From positions 8,618,001 through 8,682,000 of the forward strand of contig OZ024746.1 of NCBI GenBank assembly GCA_964016885.1: 64,000 nt of DNA, written 5' to 3'. The position numbers were made by a program, and so were the translations under genes. Origin of the DNA: Eledone cirrhosa (lineage: Eukaryota). Below the pieces are notes generated by a model that was not told the origin of the DNA, did no database searches, and saw only the letters and a program-made list of their open reading frames with translations. Below are positions 1-14,894 of the stretch, one piece after another. The first letter of the stretch is position 1. Every line of letters starts with the position of its first letter.

Positions 1-177
<177 letters not shown>

Positions 178-648
178 ATTCAAACATCTGCAGCAGCCAC
201 ATCCAACGCTAACTTTATACATATACACAGACAGACAAAACTTCACTCCGTTTTACCGCTACACACGCAGGTAAATGTACCTCTAATGATTGCATTATAA
301 ACAAAAGATTTGTGTTGCACTATTTATTGTAATGAAATATGTAATAAAAGATGTTTTCTACACGTGTTCAGATACGAAACAACGGTTATTTAACAGAGTT
401 CACCTTTACTTAAATCAAAAACACTGGAACGGATATGTAAATATAAAATAAAATATAGATGTCTGATAAGTTTCGTTTTTTTAGTACTTTAATTGCTTAC
501 ACCAACATCGTAGTTTTCTTTAACCATATCACACTGCATACAAACATATACATTATATACATACATGCACACAGATGTACACACGCACATATATATATAT
601 ACACATACGTGTGCGTATGTGTCTGTGTATATATGTACTCATACATAC

Positions 649-720
<72 letters not shown>

Positions 721-808
721 TTATGTATGTATATGTATATGTATAAATATATATATATATATTTATATATATATGTAAAAGGTAAAAAGAAATAACAACA
801 CAATTAGT

Positions 809-873
<65 letters not shown>

Positions 874-1109
874 GTATATACATGTGTGTAAAGTGCAACG
901 TAACTAAAGTTTACATTAATCTGATTTTTTTGTAAGTAAAACAGATATTGTCACACCTGAATCCAACCAATCATTTTATTTTATTGACATCGGATGTATA
1001 TCTATAAGACAAACCAACGCCACTGTGATGCTATTTCTAGCCACGCGTCTCTCCACGTATTTCCGATAGCATATATAGTCTGGCTATTTCCAATCTAGCT
1101 TGTCGTTAC

Positions 1110-1260
1110 ATGTGAAGGAATGGTTGTGTAGATACGGAGATCGCTTCCCAGCCATATTTATGGCTTCAGTCTCACGACGTGGAACATTAAGCAATTGTCT
1201 TCAACTATAGCCTTCATTTGACTGTCTTGGGCTAGACGAACTGTTCATTGTGTAAAATGG
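1110..1260 (+). mobile_element. Decayed tRNA-derived SINE fragment
   Basis: ggttgtgtagat...ggcttcagtctcac...gcaattgtcttcaactatagcc resembles the head and central domain of an octopus SINE; heavily diverged, recognised from memory. Confidence 0.4.
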
Positions 1261-1289
1261 TACGGCATAAGTAGAGGTGCCTGGCTCCA

Positions 1290-1915
1290 TGCCTTGCCCT
1301 CCTTCCCCACTGGCACACAGTTGGATAACAATAACCTGTGCATCGGAATTTCCTTGAGGCTTGGACTCCGGATCTGCAAGCCCCATAAATGTCGCTGTGG
1401 ATCCACCGTCGACTCTTTCGGCCTCCACCCGCTTTCCTGTCGCCACAGTGCCGGCCGCCTTCCACGCCATGCTGCCCTCAACAAGGTCATTAAGCATGGC
1501 TTGGACGCTGCAGGCTTCCCCTCTAGCTCGAGCCGGTGGGGCTGGACCGAGGGGATGGCAAAAGGCCAGACGGTATGATCATCTTCCCGTTCCGCGGTGG
1601 CAAACCCTTCGTCTGGGATGCCACTTGCACCGACACTTTCTCCAGCCGCAACCTGGTGCAGTCTGCGACTAACCCAGGTACTGCTGCACGTCGGGCAGAG
1701 GAGGCCAAACTCTCCAAGTATCGGTTGCTCTCCGACAGGTTCGCAGTCGTGCCCTTGGCAAGGAGACTTCTGGTGTCCTCGGCCCTAGGGCTACCTCCCT
1801 ACTCACCACCATAGGCGGTGAGCTGGCCAGCCGCAGGTGTGAGCCTCGCGATCTGGAATAGCTTTTCCAGCGCGTCTCCCTTGCCGTCCTCCGGGGAAAC
1901 GCCTTCTGTCCGCCG
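1290..1915 (+). mobile_element. CRE-clade non-LTR retrotransposon 3' fragment (Zn knuckle + restriction-like endonuclease), frameshifted
   Basis: Joining frames gives [27 protein letters not shown] / DGKRPDG..WDATCTDT..AEEAKLSKY / ETSGVLGP..FQRVSLAVLRGNA. This is the CCHC + RPD..D..K..KY RLE signature of CRE elements; stops and frameshifts present. Confidence 0.85.
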
Positions 1916-1922
1916 GGGCTGT

Positions 1923-1953
<31 letters not shown>

Positions 1954-2398
1954 GCACCAATATGATTGACTGACATTTTATCAGTCAGATGGTCACTCTC
2001 CCACCGTATTTATGTTTAAAAGTAGCAGGTAGAACATGACCTGGACATAATCCTATGTTCACCGTTCCATAATTTAAGTAGATTTTCAATTAATTAATGT
2101 TTAAAGTTTACTTATTCATCAAATTTAGTGTGTTGGTGTTTATTTTACTATTGTTTCCTGTTTAGTTAAATCTACACTGTTTTAGTTCCTCACTTCTATC
2201 AATGATGCACACACACATACACACATACGCACACACAAAATATATATGGGGATGTCTGGTGTAGAGAGAGCTGGGCGTGTTAAAAGTGTTTAGCCTGTTA
2301 TGTGTGCGTCTGAGTATGTTTGTATGTCTATCTGTCTATAATATATATGTTGCTCTCTCCCTCCCTCTATCAGTCAACGTCTCTCTCTCTCTCTGCCC

Positions 2399-2491
<93 letters not shown>

Positions 2492-2494
<3 letters not shown>

Positions 2495-2548
2495 ATGTTC
2501 ACGACCCCGACGGCAGAGCTCGAGCCCTTTCGACGGCTATTTCTGGAT
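2492..2548 (-). ncRNA. 3' half of family-A hammerhead ribozyme (5'-truncated in stem II loop)
   Basis: Reverse strand reads ccagaaatagccgtc GAAA gggctcgagctctgcc GUC ggggtc, homologous to the family-A copies; abuts (TA)n. Confidence 0.6.
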
Positions 2549-3225
2549 AAAATAAATAATAAAAAACACTAAAGTCTAAAACTGCAGCTATATTTTTAGC
2601 TGGTATTGCGTTTTCGGCCAATGCTCTACAGAATTTACTGGGGTGGAGGTACTGAGGCTAAAAAGGCACGATGGGCTGCCTCAGGGTAAGTGAAAGAGGA
2701 AAAACGAAAAGTAAGAGGAGAGGGAGTGGAAGGAAGTGAGAAGAAGAGATAAAGGCAAAAAAGAAAAGAAGTACATCTACCTATATATGCTGGGGTTTCC
2801 CCTATCTTGTTCGGCAAGTGGGGAATAGAAGGGTGTTACAGCCATTGTCTACCCACCCGGGTCATGAGAGCGTTTGAGGGCAAGATAAGTCCTACGCAAT
2901 CGGTGTTTACATGCGGTTACAAGTTCAACTTTTTTGTTTAGGAGTTGGTCCTTCGTAAACAGCATTTGTATTGTTTCATCCGAGCATAAGTTACACGGAC
3001 GGCGTCCTCCCGTGTAGGAGTTAGCCCTGGAAAGTAAGCTCCAAGTAAGATGGTATGTGGTGTTATTATCTTGGAGGTCCCAGACGTGGCCCGAAAGTGT
3101 AGTGGCATGTCGCCGGGCTTGGATTCTGAACGTATGTCGGTGTTGGTAGAGCCGGGTCTGAAAGTCACAAGCGGTTAATCCTATATAGGCCTTGTTGGAG
3201 TATATATATATATATATATATATAA

Positions 3226-3352
3226 GGTAAGTTATTCCGGGTTGAATCGGAGGTAACCACAGTAAGTAAGGTACTCAATACATAGCAGAGTATAAAAGAT
3301 TCCTGATGATTTCTCAAGAATGAAACAGTTCTAGTCCTGTAGAATCTCATCT
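3226..3352. mobile_element. Family-B short PLE-end insertion in (TA)n (reverse tail + forward HHR)
   Basis: Same tail (ggtaaccacagtaagtaaggtactcaatac) recurs at about 16075-16140 and, reversed, at 42830-42912. Confidence 0.7.
3297..3347 (+). ncRNA. Type I hammerhead ribozyme, family B
   Basis: Stem I AGAUUC/GAAUCU; core CUGAUGA (3303-3309); short stem II UUC-UCAA-GAA; GAAACAG-loop UUCUAGUC-CUGU; cleavage triplet GUA (3339-3341). Confidence 0.75.
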
Positions 3353-3376
3353 ATATTATATATATATATATGTATA

Positions 3377-3443
<67 letters not shown>

Positions 3444-3681
3444 ACAATTGTCAGCAATGAGATTAAAAACCTTTTTTGTATAGCAAACCGTGTCACTCTT
3501 CTTTCCTGATTTATCATTACTCCAAGTGTTTACAACATAGGAATTACAGCGTACTCGCAACATCACTATGGTAACGCCTTGTTGAGTCAAACTTAGCCAA
3601 GCGTTGATATCATCCCCTACCCGGAGTACCATAACTGGACTACACTTAAGTGGACTACCTATAACAATAATTTGTTACCCC

Positions 3682-3790
<109 letters not shown>

Positions 3791-3829
3791 CATATATATA
3801 TATATATATTTATATATACATATATATAT

Positions 3830-3982
3830 TTATTAAAATAACAGATTAAAGTTTAAGCAAAGAATCGCTGCCTTCACCTTTTCTTTGCTTAAATTTGCTC
3901 TAGGGTTCTTATATATTAGATATAGATTTTTCCTTATCGAGCCCTCTTTGGATTTTAGTCTTCGGATTTATTATTATTACTA
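3830..3982. repeat. Short interspersed element embedded in (TA)n; related copies at about 16355-16422 and 23705-23785
   Basis: Shared gggtgaaagcagcgattctttgcttaa(g/a)ctttaatct segment (reverse strand here); all copies are flanked by TA tracts. Confidence 0.6.
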
Positions 3983-4987
3983 TATATATTTATATATATA
4001 TATATACATATATATATACTACTAAGACTCTGGGATTGTATGCTTGTCTGTTATTTAATCACGTCGGTATCCTTGAACGTATTTTTGGGCTTCATATAAC
4101 AATTTTGGTGAGCATTATAGATTTATCTTAAAATACTACCTTTTTATATTCAAATTATTTTGATTGAGAGATTGCGTGAGAGACATTCAATGTAATGACA
4201 GAGAAAAACTTTAAATACTCCAATGAACAAATAAATATAGTTTTTGTGTGAATGCGTCAATGTATGTGTACGTAGGAATTGTAGGAGTTAATGTGTACGA
4301 TTGTGTGCGTGAGTATGTTTTGGATTTCCTTCAAATACCCCGAAAATAGAATTTCTGTAGCTTGAATAAAAAAGAAAATCTACTTAAATTTCCATTCTTT
4401 TTAAAATATATCCTTTCAGCCATTTAGATTTCTACCACGTTCCACATATTCTGTATTCCCCCTATATATACACACCATACGTGTAAGACCACAGACATAC
4501 ACACACTCATTCATTATGATCGTCAGCTGCACCACCAGTAGAACCACCAGCATAATCCCTCGCCTCCTCCGCACCATCATCACGCAATTCCACCTCATCA
4601 ACCACCTATTCGATATTTTCGCTACTATGTTGTTTTAAAACATAATTCTTTAATATATTTTACTAGACGCCAGTGTTAGAAAGGGAAAACATACTTGACA
4701 TATTCCGACAAATCACTCGATATTTTCACAAAAGTACACACCACCTAGAAAATATATATTCTGAAAAATGTCTTACAAGAGGAAAAGAAACTTAAAAAGG
4801 ATTTAAAAAAGAATATTACATAATTTACAACAGCCAGTCAACCATTCTTTTTCCAGAAGATAATAAACATCTGCCTTCACTACATATTGCAGATTTTGAA
4901 TCTTCAGGATAGTGTCAAATGTAGTTTATTCTTCTTAACGTAATTTTACTAATCCAATGTTAATGATTTTATGAAAGTCTTTCGTAG

Positions 4988-5300
4988 TACGAGGATGGGC
5001 TGAAACGTTCAATGGTTGACTATAAAGGAGTGATGCTAGGGCTATGAAATCTTGCGTGGATTAATTTCAGCACTTCTTATTAATAACTGCACTGCTTTTT
5101 CCAGGGACTTTGTTAAAAAATGAACTTCATTTGGTCAATGAGAGTATCTTGGTCAGCCTATAAAAGAGTGATACTAGAGCTGTGAAATCTTGCCTGCATT
5201 AATTCCAGCGGTTCTTATTAATAACTGTACTGTTTCTTTCCAGAGAATATTTTGAAAAATAAACCTCATTTCGTCATTCCATGAGAGTACCTTGTCATAT
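4988..5300 (+). mobile_element. Mariner-type MITE (decayed), same family as 14551-14894
   Basis: Starts TA-CGAGGATGGGCTGAAACGTTC; carries the internal ~150 bp tandem duplication also seen in the other copy. Confidence 0.6.
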
Positions 5301-5521
5301 ACGACAAGAAAGAAACCCTTGGCTATACAATAGATGAATATGTCATTAAAATTCATAAAAAACATAGTAGGCATAGATCATAACTACAAACGCATTGTAA
5401 GGATATAATAAAAACAAATCCTTCTTATTGACATGTAATCAAAGGGAAGTAATCCGCAGAACGTACTGCAAATAATGTGATGTATATATTTCCCAACAGT
5501 TGAAGTACGGTAGTTGTTATA

Positions 5522-5688
5522 AATTGTTTCTACTTTTGGCACAAGGCCAGCAATTACCTCCAGTGTATTACTGGTGCTTTATTTTATCGACCCCGTAAGG
5601 ATGAAAGGCAAAGTTAACCTCGGCGTGATTTGAACTCAGACCATAAAGGGCCGCAACTCTTTGCTGCAAAGTATGGAGTCAGACCCTA
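5522..5688 (-). mobile_element. tRNA-derived SINE (Meta-domain-like family)
   Basis: Reverse complement of the ~190 bp SINE at 14007-14197. Confidence 0.85.
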
Positions 5689-5696
5689 TATATACA

Positions 5697-6537
<841 letters not shown>

Positions 6538-6564
6538 AATATATATAGATATTTATATATATAG

Positions 6565-6717
6565 TGATATAGTGAAGAATAAGATGGTCGGCAGTACAAA
6601 AAGGGTTTTATTTACAGTATTAACTATTGTTTCATTGATCAGGTGAGTCTAAAGGCCGCTAATCACCCAAAGTTTTGTCACTCGACCTTAAATACAGAGT
6701 GTGTCTCTGATCAAATC

Positions 6718-6720
<3 letters not shown>
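6565..6720 (-). ncRNA. 5'-truncated hammerhead-like PLE end (family D) with tail
   Basis: Reverse strand: ..AUGA, stem II UUGAUCAG...CUGAUCAA, GAAACA...UGUA, then tail; the core is cut at the (TA)n junction. Confidence 0.45.
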
Positions 6721-6760
<40 letters not shown>

Positions 6761-6844
6761 AAAGTTCTATTTAAAATTGTTGGGATACAACAAGTAAATA
6801 TTTTATAACTGATATAAAGCACTCGACAAGTTTTTGGAGTAGAT

Positions 6845-7125
6845 ATACGATATTAAATAAATGGAAACTATATTTATAAAACCATATTTATTTCATTATA
6901 CATATTTCAGGAATACCAAATTAAAATATGGTATGCCTTCATCCAGACAGCTTCCAAAAATAATGGTCGCATCTAATAGGGTACGTCAAAATTATTTATA
7001 AAACTGTTTATATATTGTATTTTGTCTGATGAAGGCATACCATATTTTAATTTGGTATCCCTGAAATATGTATAATGAAATAAATATGGTTTTATAAATA
7101 TAGTTTCCATTTATTTAATATCGTA
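6845..7125. repeat. ~100 bp inverted repeat made of two outward-facing HHR-containing ends (family E)
   Basis: 6845-6948 is the reverse complement of 7024-7125 with few mismatches. Confidence 0.85.
7018..7082 (+). ncRNA. Type I hammerhead ribozyme, family E
   Basis: Stem I UAUUUUGU/AUGAAAUA (2 G-U pairs); CUGAUGA 7026-7032; stem II AGG.AUACCA..UGGUAU.CCU; GAAAUA-UG-UAUA, cleavage after AUA. Confidence 0.65.
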
Positions 7126-7294
7126 TATATATATATATATATATATTTGAAGATTTTTTGCAAACACATGGATAAATAGATGGATAAGAAGAAAGGTCAG
7201 AATCCTGAAGAAGACTGTTGCATCTTCCAATAACATAAATGATTGTAGGTTGGCGTGAGAGGGTCATGGGAGAGGAGGAATATAAATTAAGAAA

Positions 7295-7515
7295 TGGTGG
7301 TGGCGGTGTTGGTGGTGGTGGTGGTGGTGGTGGCAGTAATGGTGTTGGTGGTGGTGGTGGTGATGGTAGTGGTGGTGACAGTGGTGGTGTTGGTGGTGGT
7401 GTTGTTGGTGGTGGTGTTAGGGGTGTTGGTGTTGGTGGTGGTGGTACTGGTGGCAGTAATGGTGTTGGTGGTGGTGGTGGTGGTGATGGTAGTGGGGGCA
7501 GTAATGGTGGTGATG
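7295..7515. repeat. (GGT)n-rich low-complexity repeat
   Basis: Seen directly. Confidence 0.95.
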
Positions 7516-7659
7516 TATCCAACTATATGTTAAGCAAAATATACATGAACGGTGATAATAAAGCCATTCAGAGAAATCTTCAAAATCTCCTTACATATCT
7601 TTACATCACATACAAACTCATACGCACTTACACATGCACACCACTACACATACATACAA

Positions 7660-9175
<1,516 letters not shown>

Positions 9176-9274
9176 GTCTGTTCATGAATAAATCTATCAT
9201 TCTGTGTTTCCCATTCTTCGCCCATCTTCCAGTTCCGTCATACTTTTGCTGTACTTTTCCACTTCTGGCAAAGA

Positions 9275-10350
9275 CATACACATACACACACTCACACACA
9301 ACCACATACACATACATACACTCACACACAACCACATACACATACATACACTCACACACAACCACATACACATACATACACTCCAACACAACCACATACA
9401 CATACATACACTCACACACAACCACATACACATACATACACTCACACACAACCACATACACATACACACACTCACACACAACCACATACACATACATACA
9501 CTCACACACAACCACATACACATACATATACTCACACACAACCACATACACATACATACACTCCAACACAACCACATACACATACATACACTCACACACA
9601 ACCACATACATACATACACTCACACACAACCACACACACATATATACACTCACACACAACCACACACACACACATATAACCACACACACATACATACACT
9701 CACACACAACCACACAACCACACATAACCACACACATATACATACACTAACACACAACAACACACACACACACAATCACACACACACATACATACACTCA
9801 CACACAACCACACGCCCACACACAACCACTCACACACAACCACAACTACACACCCACTCACAACCACACACATACACACACACACAAGGACACACACAAA
9901 CACTCACACACACACACACTCACACACAACTACACACACACAACCACTCACGCATAACCACACACCCACACACCCACACAACCACACACACTCACACACA
10001 ACCACACACCCACACACAAACACACACACAACCACACACACAAAAACACTCACACACAACCACTCACACACACAAACACTCACACACAACCACACACACG
10101 CACACAACCACACACACACACCAACACTCACAAACAACCACACACACACACAAACACTCACACACACACACGCCCACACTACCACACACACGCACACAAC
10201 CACACACACACACACACACAACCACACACACACACAACCATACAAACACTCACACACAAGCACACACACAAACACTCACACAGACACACACACACACAAC
10301 CACACACACACACAATCCGCCCCACACAACAACACAACCACTCACACAGC
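9275..10350. repeat. 30-bp minisatellite (catacacatacatacactcacacacaacca, ~11 copies) decaying into CA-rich repeat
   Basis: 30-bp periodicity visible at 9275-9610. Confidence 0.9.
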
Positions 10351-10695
10351 CTTTCTCTCTATCCACATCACATTATCCACTGTTTCACCCATCACCACCA
10401 CCACCAACACCACCACCACCACCACCACCACCACTCTATCCACATCACATTATCCACTGTTGCACCCATCACTGCCAGAAACTTGTATGTTAACCTAATG
10501 TTGGCAAATAGCCATCAAAGATTCCACCAAAGCAATCTTACCCGCGGGCGAAACAGTTCTTTCTATTGCAGATATTCAACTTACGTAAGTTGCTGTCAAT
10601 GTGTGCTGCTGGTGTGCGTTTGCTGCTGGTGTGCGTTTGCTGCTGGTGTGCGTGTGCTGGTGGTGTGCGTGTGCTGCTGGTGTGTGTGTGCTGCT

Positions 10696-10737
<42 letters not shown>

Positions 10738-10801
10738 ACTTTATGAGTCTTTATCATTATTACTGTACACGCCTGGCTAATTTATCAGTACCTGTCCGTC
10801 T

Positions 10802-11073
<272 letters not shown>

Positions 11074-11117
11074 TTCGTTTCTGAATTTCGTTCCTCCATT
11101 CCCATTATGCCAAACCC

Positions 11118-12008
11118 ATGACTTCCAAACATCTGATCCACCGAAACTCGGCCATTTCGGACCATACCAAAATCAACATACTGATTGCGGATTTGGTACG
11201 GGTGATGAGAAATGTGTCCCGCATGTGCAACCCCGAAGAACTAGAGAGACACATACAACACTTCATCCACCGTATGCAGTTCTCTGGCTACAATCAGAGA
11301 GATAGAATCAGAGTGTATAAAGGAGCCAGAACCAAATGGGAAAAAATGGTAAATAATGACATAAATGGGACCTGCCCCTTGTATAGGAGCAAATTTTGGA
11401 ATAGAATAGAAAGAACTAAGAACAAGGCCAATAGAATAAACTCATGGTATGATAGCAATAAATACCAGAGTGTAATGTTCATCAATACAACCCCTAGAGG
11501 CGAACTAGCCTACAAATTTAGAAGGGCCCTAAAGAAACATAATCTCAATATTAAGATAGTAGAAAGACCTGGTACCTCCGTAAAAACACTTATTAGCAAG
11601 ACATACCCGTTCCAAAGACCCTCATGTATAGATAAGAAATGTATAACCTGTAAAATAAGCCCCCATATTAACTGTAAAACTAGAAATGTAGTATATAGCA
11701 TAAGATGTACTGAAGGACAATGTAGAAACAAAAATATAGTGTACATAGGTGAGACAGCTCGTAGTATAGGGGAACGAATAAATGAACACTGGCGAGACCT
11801 CCAAGATAGTAAAGAATCATCTGTGCTCTACCAACATGCTAAGATAGAACACAGGGGTAAATTAGAGAGCATAGAAATAAAAATAGAATCCACACACAAG
11901 AAAGACGCAATGTTTAGGCAAATTACAGAGGCAGTAAGCATAAAAGAATTAAAACCAAAATTAAATAGAAAATATGAGTGGAACAGCAACATCACAACTT
12001 ACAATTAA
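11118..12008 (+). CDS. PLE RT C-terminus/thumb + Cys linker + GIY-YIG endonuclease (N-terminally truncated)
   Basis: [20 protein letters not shown] (thumb); C-x4-C-x2-C..C linker; VYSIRC-x4-C..VYIGET.R...R..EH..H...H..R.I.EA..I...P.LN; 296 aa with no stops. Confidence 0.88.
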   Translation: MTSKHLIHRNSAISDHTKINILIADLVRVMRNVSRMCNPEELERHIQHFIHRMQFSGYNQRDRIRVYKGARTKWEKMVNNDINGTCPLYRSKFWNRIERTKNKANRINSWYDSNKYQSVMFINTTPRGELAYKFRRALKKHNLNIKIVERPGTSVKTLISKTYPFQRPSCIDKKCITCKISPHINCKTRNVVYSIRCTEGQCRNKNIVYIGETARSIGERINEHWRDLQDSKESSVLYQHAKIEHRGKLESIEIKIESTHKKDAMFRQITEAVSIKELKPKLNRKYEWNSNITTYN

Positions 12009-12305
12009 GGACAAAATGAAAACACACACACACATAGAACAAACAACTTACAATTGAAAACACACACAAAATGAAAACACACACAAGACAAAATGAAAAC
12101 ACACACACACATAGAACAAACAACCAACCAACAATAAATAAATAAATAAACAAACAAATATAAATAGAAAAATAGAAAAATGAACACAAACACACACAGA
12201 CACCCGGATGTGGCGCATGCGCAAACTGAGCACGCAACCCACACACAAACAAAATGGCGTAGGATAGAAGAAAGGAAAGGCACAGAAACGAAGAAAGAAA
12301 TCCCC

Positions 12306-12350
12306 AGTCACTGAAGAGGTCACAGAGTGTGTGACGAAAGAACTATGACT
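12306..12350 (+). ncRNA. Minimal type I hammerhead in PLE 3' UTR
   Basis: AGUCA CUGAAGA G GUCAC-AGAGUGU-GUGAC GAAAG-AA-CUA UGACU; minimal stem III as is typical of PLE HHRs. Confidence 0.75.
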
Positions 12351-12506
12351 ATATATATATAAACAACTATCTGGTTGTGGAACCAACCAACCAACCAGAA
12401 ATTTATAAATTTGTAAATTTATAAATATATATTAAATTAAATTGAAGTGAAAGCAACTGGTGCGTGTGTTTCTTATTGGCAACATGACCCTCCCAAAGTA
12501 TAACAA

Positions 12507-12549
<43 letters not shown>

Positions 12550-12551
12550 TA

Positions 12552-12724
12552 GAAAGTGAGGTTTTTTTTACAAAATGAAAAATAACCGAGGTGTCCTACA
12601 CGAGTGGAAGTATAAAGAAAAAGGGATGAAATCGAAAATGCAACTGGAGTCTTATTTTTTTAAAAAATATATATATTTATTTGGTTCCTTTACCGGTTTC
12701 GCAGTTCTTCTGCTTTTCCAAAGG
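12552..12724 (-). mobile_element. Short PLE-end element (family G) with HHR-like motif at 12687-12724
   Basis: Reverse strand CCUU UGGAAAA GCAG-AAGAA-CUGC GAAAC-CG-GUA AAGG, followed by a tail also found at 59278-59355. Confidence 0.6.
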
Positions 12725-13053
12725 TGAGTTGAGACGGAGGGTCTGTGGTTATGCATTTATATATCTATCTATCTATCTATCTATCTATACCGACTGATAT
12801 TTCTACACTTGCTATGTATATACATATATATATGTATATATTAAAGAGTTAAACAAGTTTCAATGATTACATCAAAGAATGAGTTCCAGAGTTATTAATA
12901 TTAAAATTCAAATATTAATAAAATAGATGTTCTTGTGATCAATTAAATTTTATTATACATATTTCAGAGGTACTTGAATCAGGTTCAACTGATTCAAGTA
13001 CCTCTGAAATATGTATAGAGACTATTTTAAGTTTCTAACTCAATACATGCCTT

Positions 13054-13112
<59 letters not shown>

Positions 13113-13149
13113 AAATATTAATATAATAGATGTTCTTGTGATCAATTAA

Positions 13150-13215
13150 ATTTTATTATACATATTTTAGAGGTACTTGAATCAGGTTCAACAGTACGTC
13201 CTCATCCGATAAAAT
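13150..13215 (-). ncRNA. Mutated type I hammerhead, family H
   Basis: AUUUUAU CGGAUGA GG..GUAC..GUAC CUCU AAAAUAUGUAUA AUAAAAU; two core mutations, so probably inactive. Confidence 0.5.
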
Positions 13216-13333
13216 AAAATGATACATGACATACTCTGAGATGTTAGATAGTTAAGATTTAATCAAGGTACTACCTTGATTAAATCTTAACCATCTAACA
13301 TCTCAGGGTATGTCATGTATCATTTATATATAT

Positions 13334-13515
13334 AACAAAGGGAATGTGGTAAGGAACCAGATGGACCATAGCGCACCAGAGTACCCAATACGTGTGAAAT
13401 AGGAAAAAGTATGACCCCCCGACTGCAGAGCTCAAGCCGTTTCGACGGCTATTTCTGTCCAGAAATAGCCGTCGAAACGGCTTGAGCTCTGCCGTCGGGG
13501 TCATACTTTTTCCTA
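13334..13515 (-). mobile_element. Family-A snap-back PLE-end element
   Basis: Palindrome centred at about 13457 plus tail ..atggtccatctggttccttaccaca; TA-flanked. Confidence 0.75.
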
Positions 13516-13831
13516 TATATATATATATATCAAAGGCATGTATTGAGTTAGAAACTTAAAATAGTCTCTATACATATTTCAGAGGTACTTGAATCAGTTG
13601 AACCTGATTCAAGTACCTCTGAAATATGTATAATAAAATTTAATTGATCACAAGAACATCTATTTTATTAATATTTGAATTTTAATATTAATAACTCTGG
13701 AACTCATTCTTTGATGTAATCATTGAATGTTGTTTAACTCTTTAATATATACATATATATGTATATACATAGCAAGTGTAGAAATATCAGTCGGTATAGA
13801 TACATAGATACATAGATAGATAGATAAATGC

Positions 13832-13862
<31 letters not shown>

Positions 13863-14006
13863 ATATATATATACATATATATGTATATACATAGCAAGTG
13901 TAGAAATATCTGTCGGTATAAAAAAGGAAAAAGGGAAACTGCTCAATCAGGAAGAGAGCTGATATATTATATTATTTATTTATTTATTATATTATATTAT
14001 TTATTA

Positions 14007-14197
14007 GGGGCGGTGAATTGGCAGTATCGGTAGCGGGTCGGACGCCATGCTTTGACGCATAGAGTTACGGCCCTTGCCATTATGAGTTCAAATCCGCCGA
14101 GGTTAACTTTGCCTTTCATCCTTATGGGGTCGATAAAATAAAGTACCAGTAATGTACTGGGTAATTGCTGGCCTTGTGCCAAAAGTAGAAACAATTA
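14007..14197 (+). mobile_element. Full-length tRNA-derived SINE (Meta-domain-like)
   Basis: A box TGGCAGTATCGG, B box GAGTTCAAATCC, central gcctttcatcctt..ggggtcgataaaataaagtaccag, 3' end gtagaaacaatta; many copies in the window. Confidence 0.9.
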
Positions 14198-14252
14198 TAT
14201 TATTTATTTATGTTCATACTCAGAATATAATATAGATGTGTGTGTGTGTTTG

Positions 14253-14301
<49 letters not shown>

Positions 14302-14550
14302 TACGTTTTCAGCATGGAGTTACTTTTGGCACTGCTAAAGTTTATGGTTTCATGCAAGTAACTAGTCTTCTGGACATGGTATCTTCAGCGGATGTTTCTA
14401 GTAGATACGATGTTAGGCTTAAAGAGAATGACTGTGACTACATATTGAAGACCTTGCTGGTTTAAAGCCCAAAACAGCGGCGACGAAAACCCTGTGACAC
14501 TGGACTACATCTCTCACAGTGAAGTGTAATAGAATACACATATAGTGTAG

Positions 14551-14894
14551 TACGAGGGTCGGCTGACAAGTTCATAGGCTGACTATGAAGGAATGATGTT
14601 AGAGCTACAAAATCTTGCATGATTAATTTCAACTCTTCTTATTAATAACTCGTTTTTTTTAAAAGGGATTATGTTAAAAATTTACCTCATTAGGTAATTC
14701 CATGAGAGCATTTTGGTCAGCCTATAAAGGAATGATGCTAGAGCTGTAAAATTCGTCATGCTTTAATTTCAACTCTTCTAATTAATAACTGAATTGTGTT
14801 TTTTCTTCAGGGACTATGTTGAAAAATAAACCTCATTTGGTTATTCCATGAGAGTATATTGGTCAGCCTATGAATTTTTCAGCCCATCCTCCTA
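14551..14894. mobile_element. Tc1/mariner-type MITE
   Basis: TIRs TA-CGAGGGTCGGCTGACAAGTTCATAGGCTGAC ... GTCAGCCTATGAATTTTTCAGCCCATCCTCC-TA; internal ~150 bp duplication; another end at 35495-35569. Confidence 0.8.

Larger units (their letters stand above)
12751..13834. repeat. ~305 bp inverted repeat enclosing nested palindromes
   Basis: 12751-13060 is the reverse complement of about 13525-13834; internal hairpins at 12954-13017, 13215-13326, 13398-13515 and 13568-13632. Confidence 0.9.

Noticed and set aside
2995-3130. HDV-like or twister ribozyme (gcgtcctcccgt; reverse-strand ccaagcccgg)
   Set aside because: The required pseudoknot pairings could not be built; kept only as a generic structured island.
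12008-12507. SECIS element / selenoprotein (known for some Naiads)
   Set aside because: No in-frame UGA in the retained ORF, and no clear AUGA-AA-GA kink-turn hairpin found by eye.
14007-14110. tRNA genes at SINE heads
   Set aside because: A and B boxes are present, but there is no cloverleaf and they continue into the SINE body.
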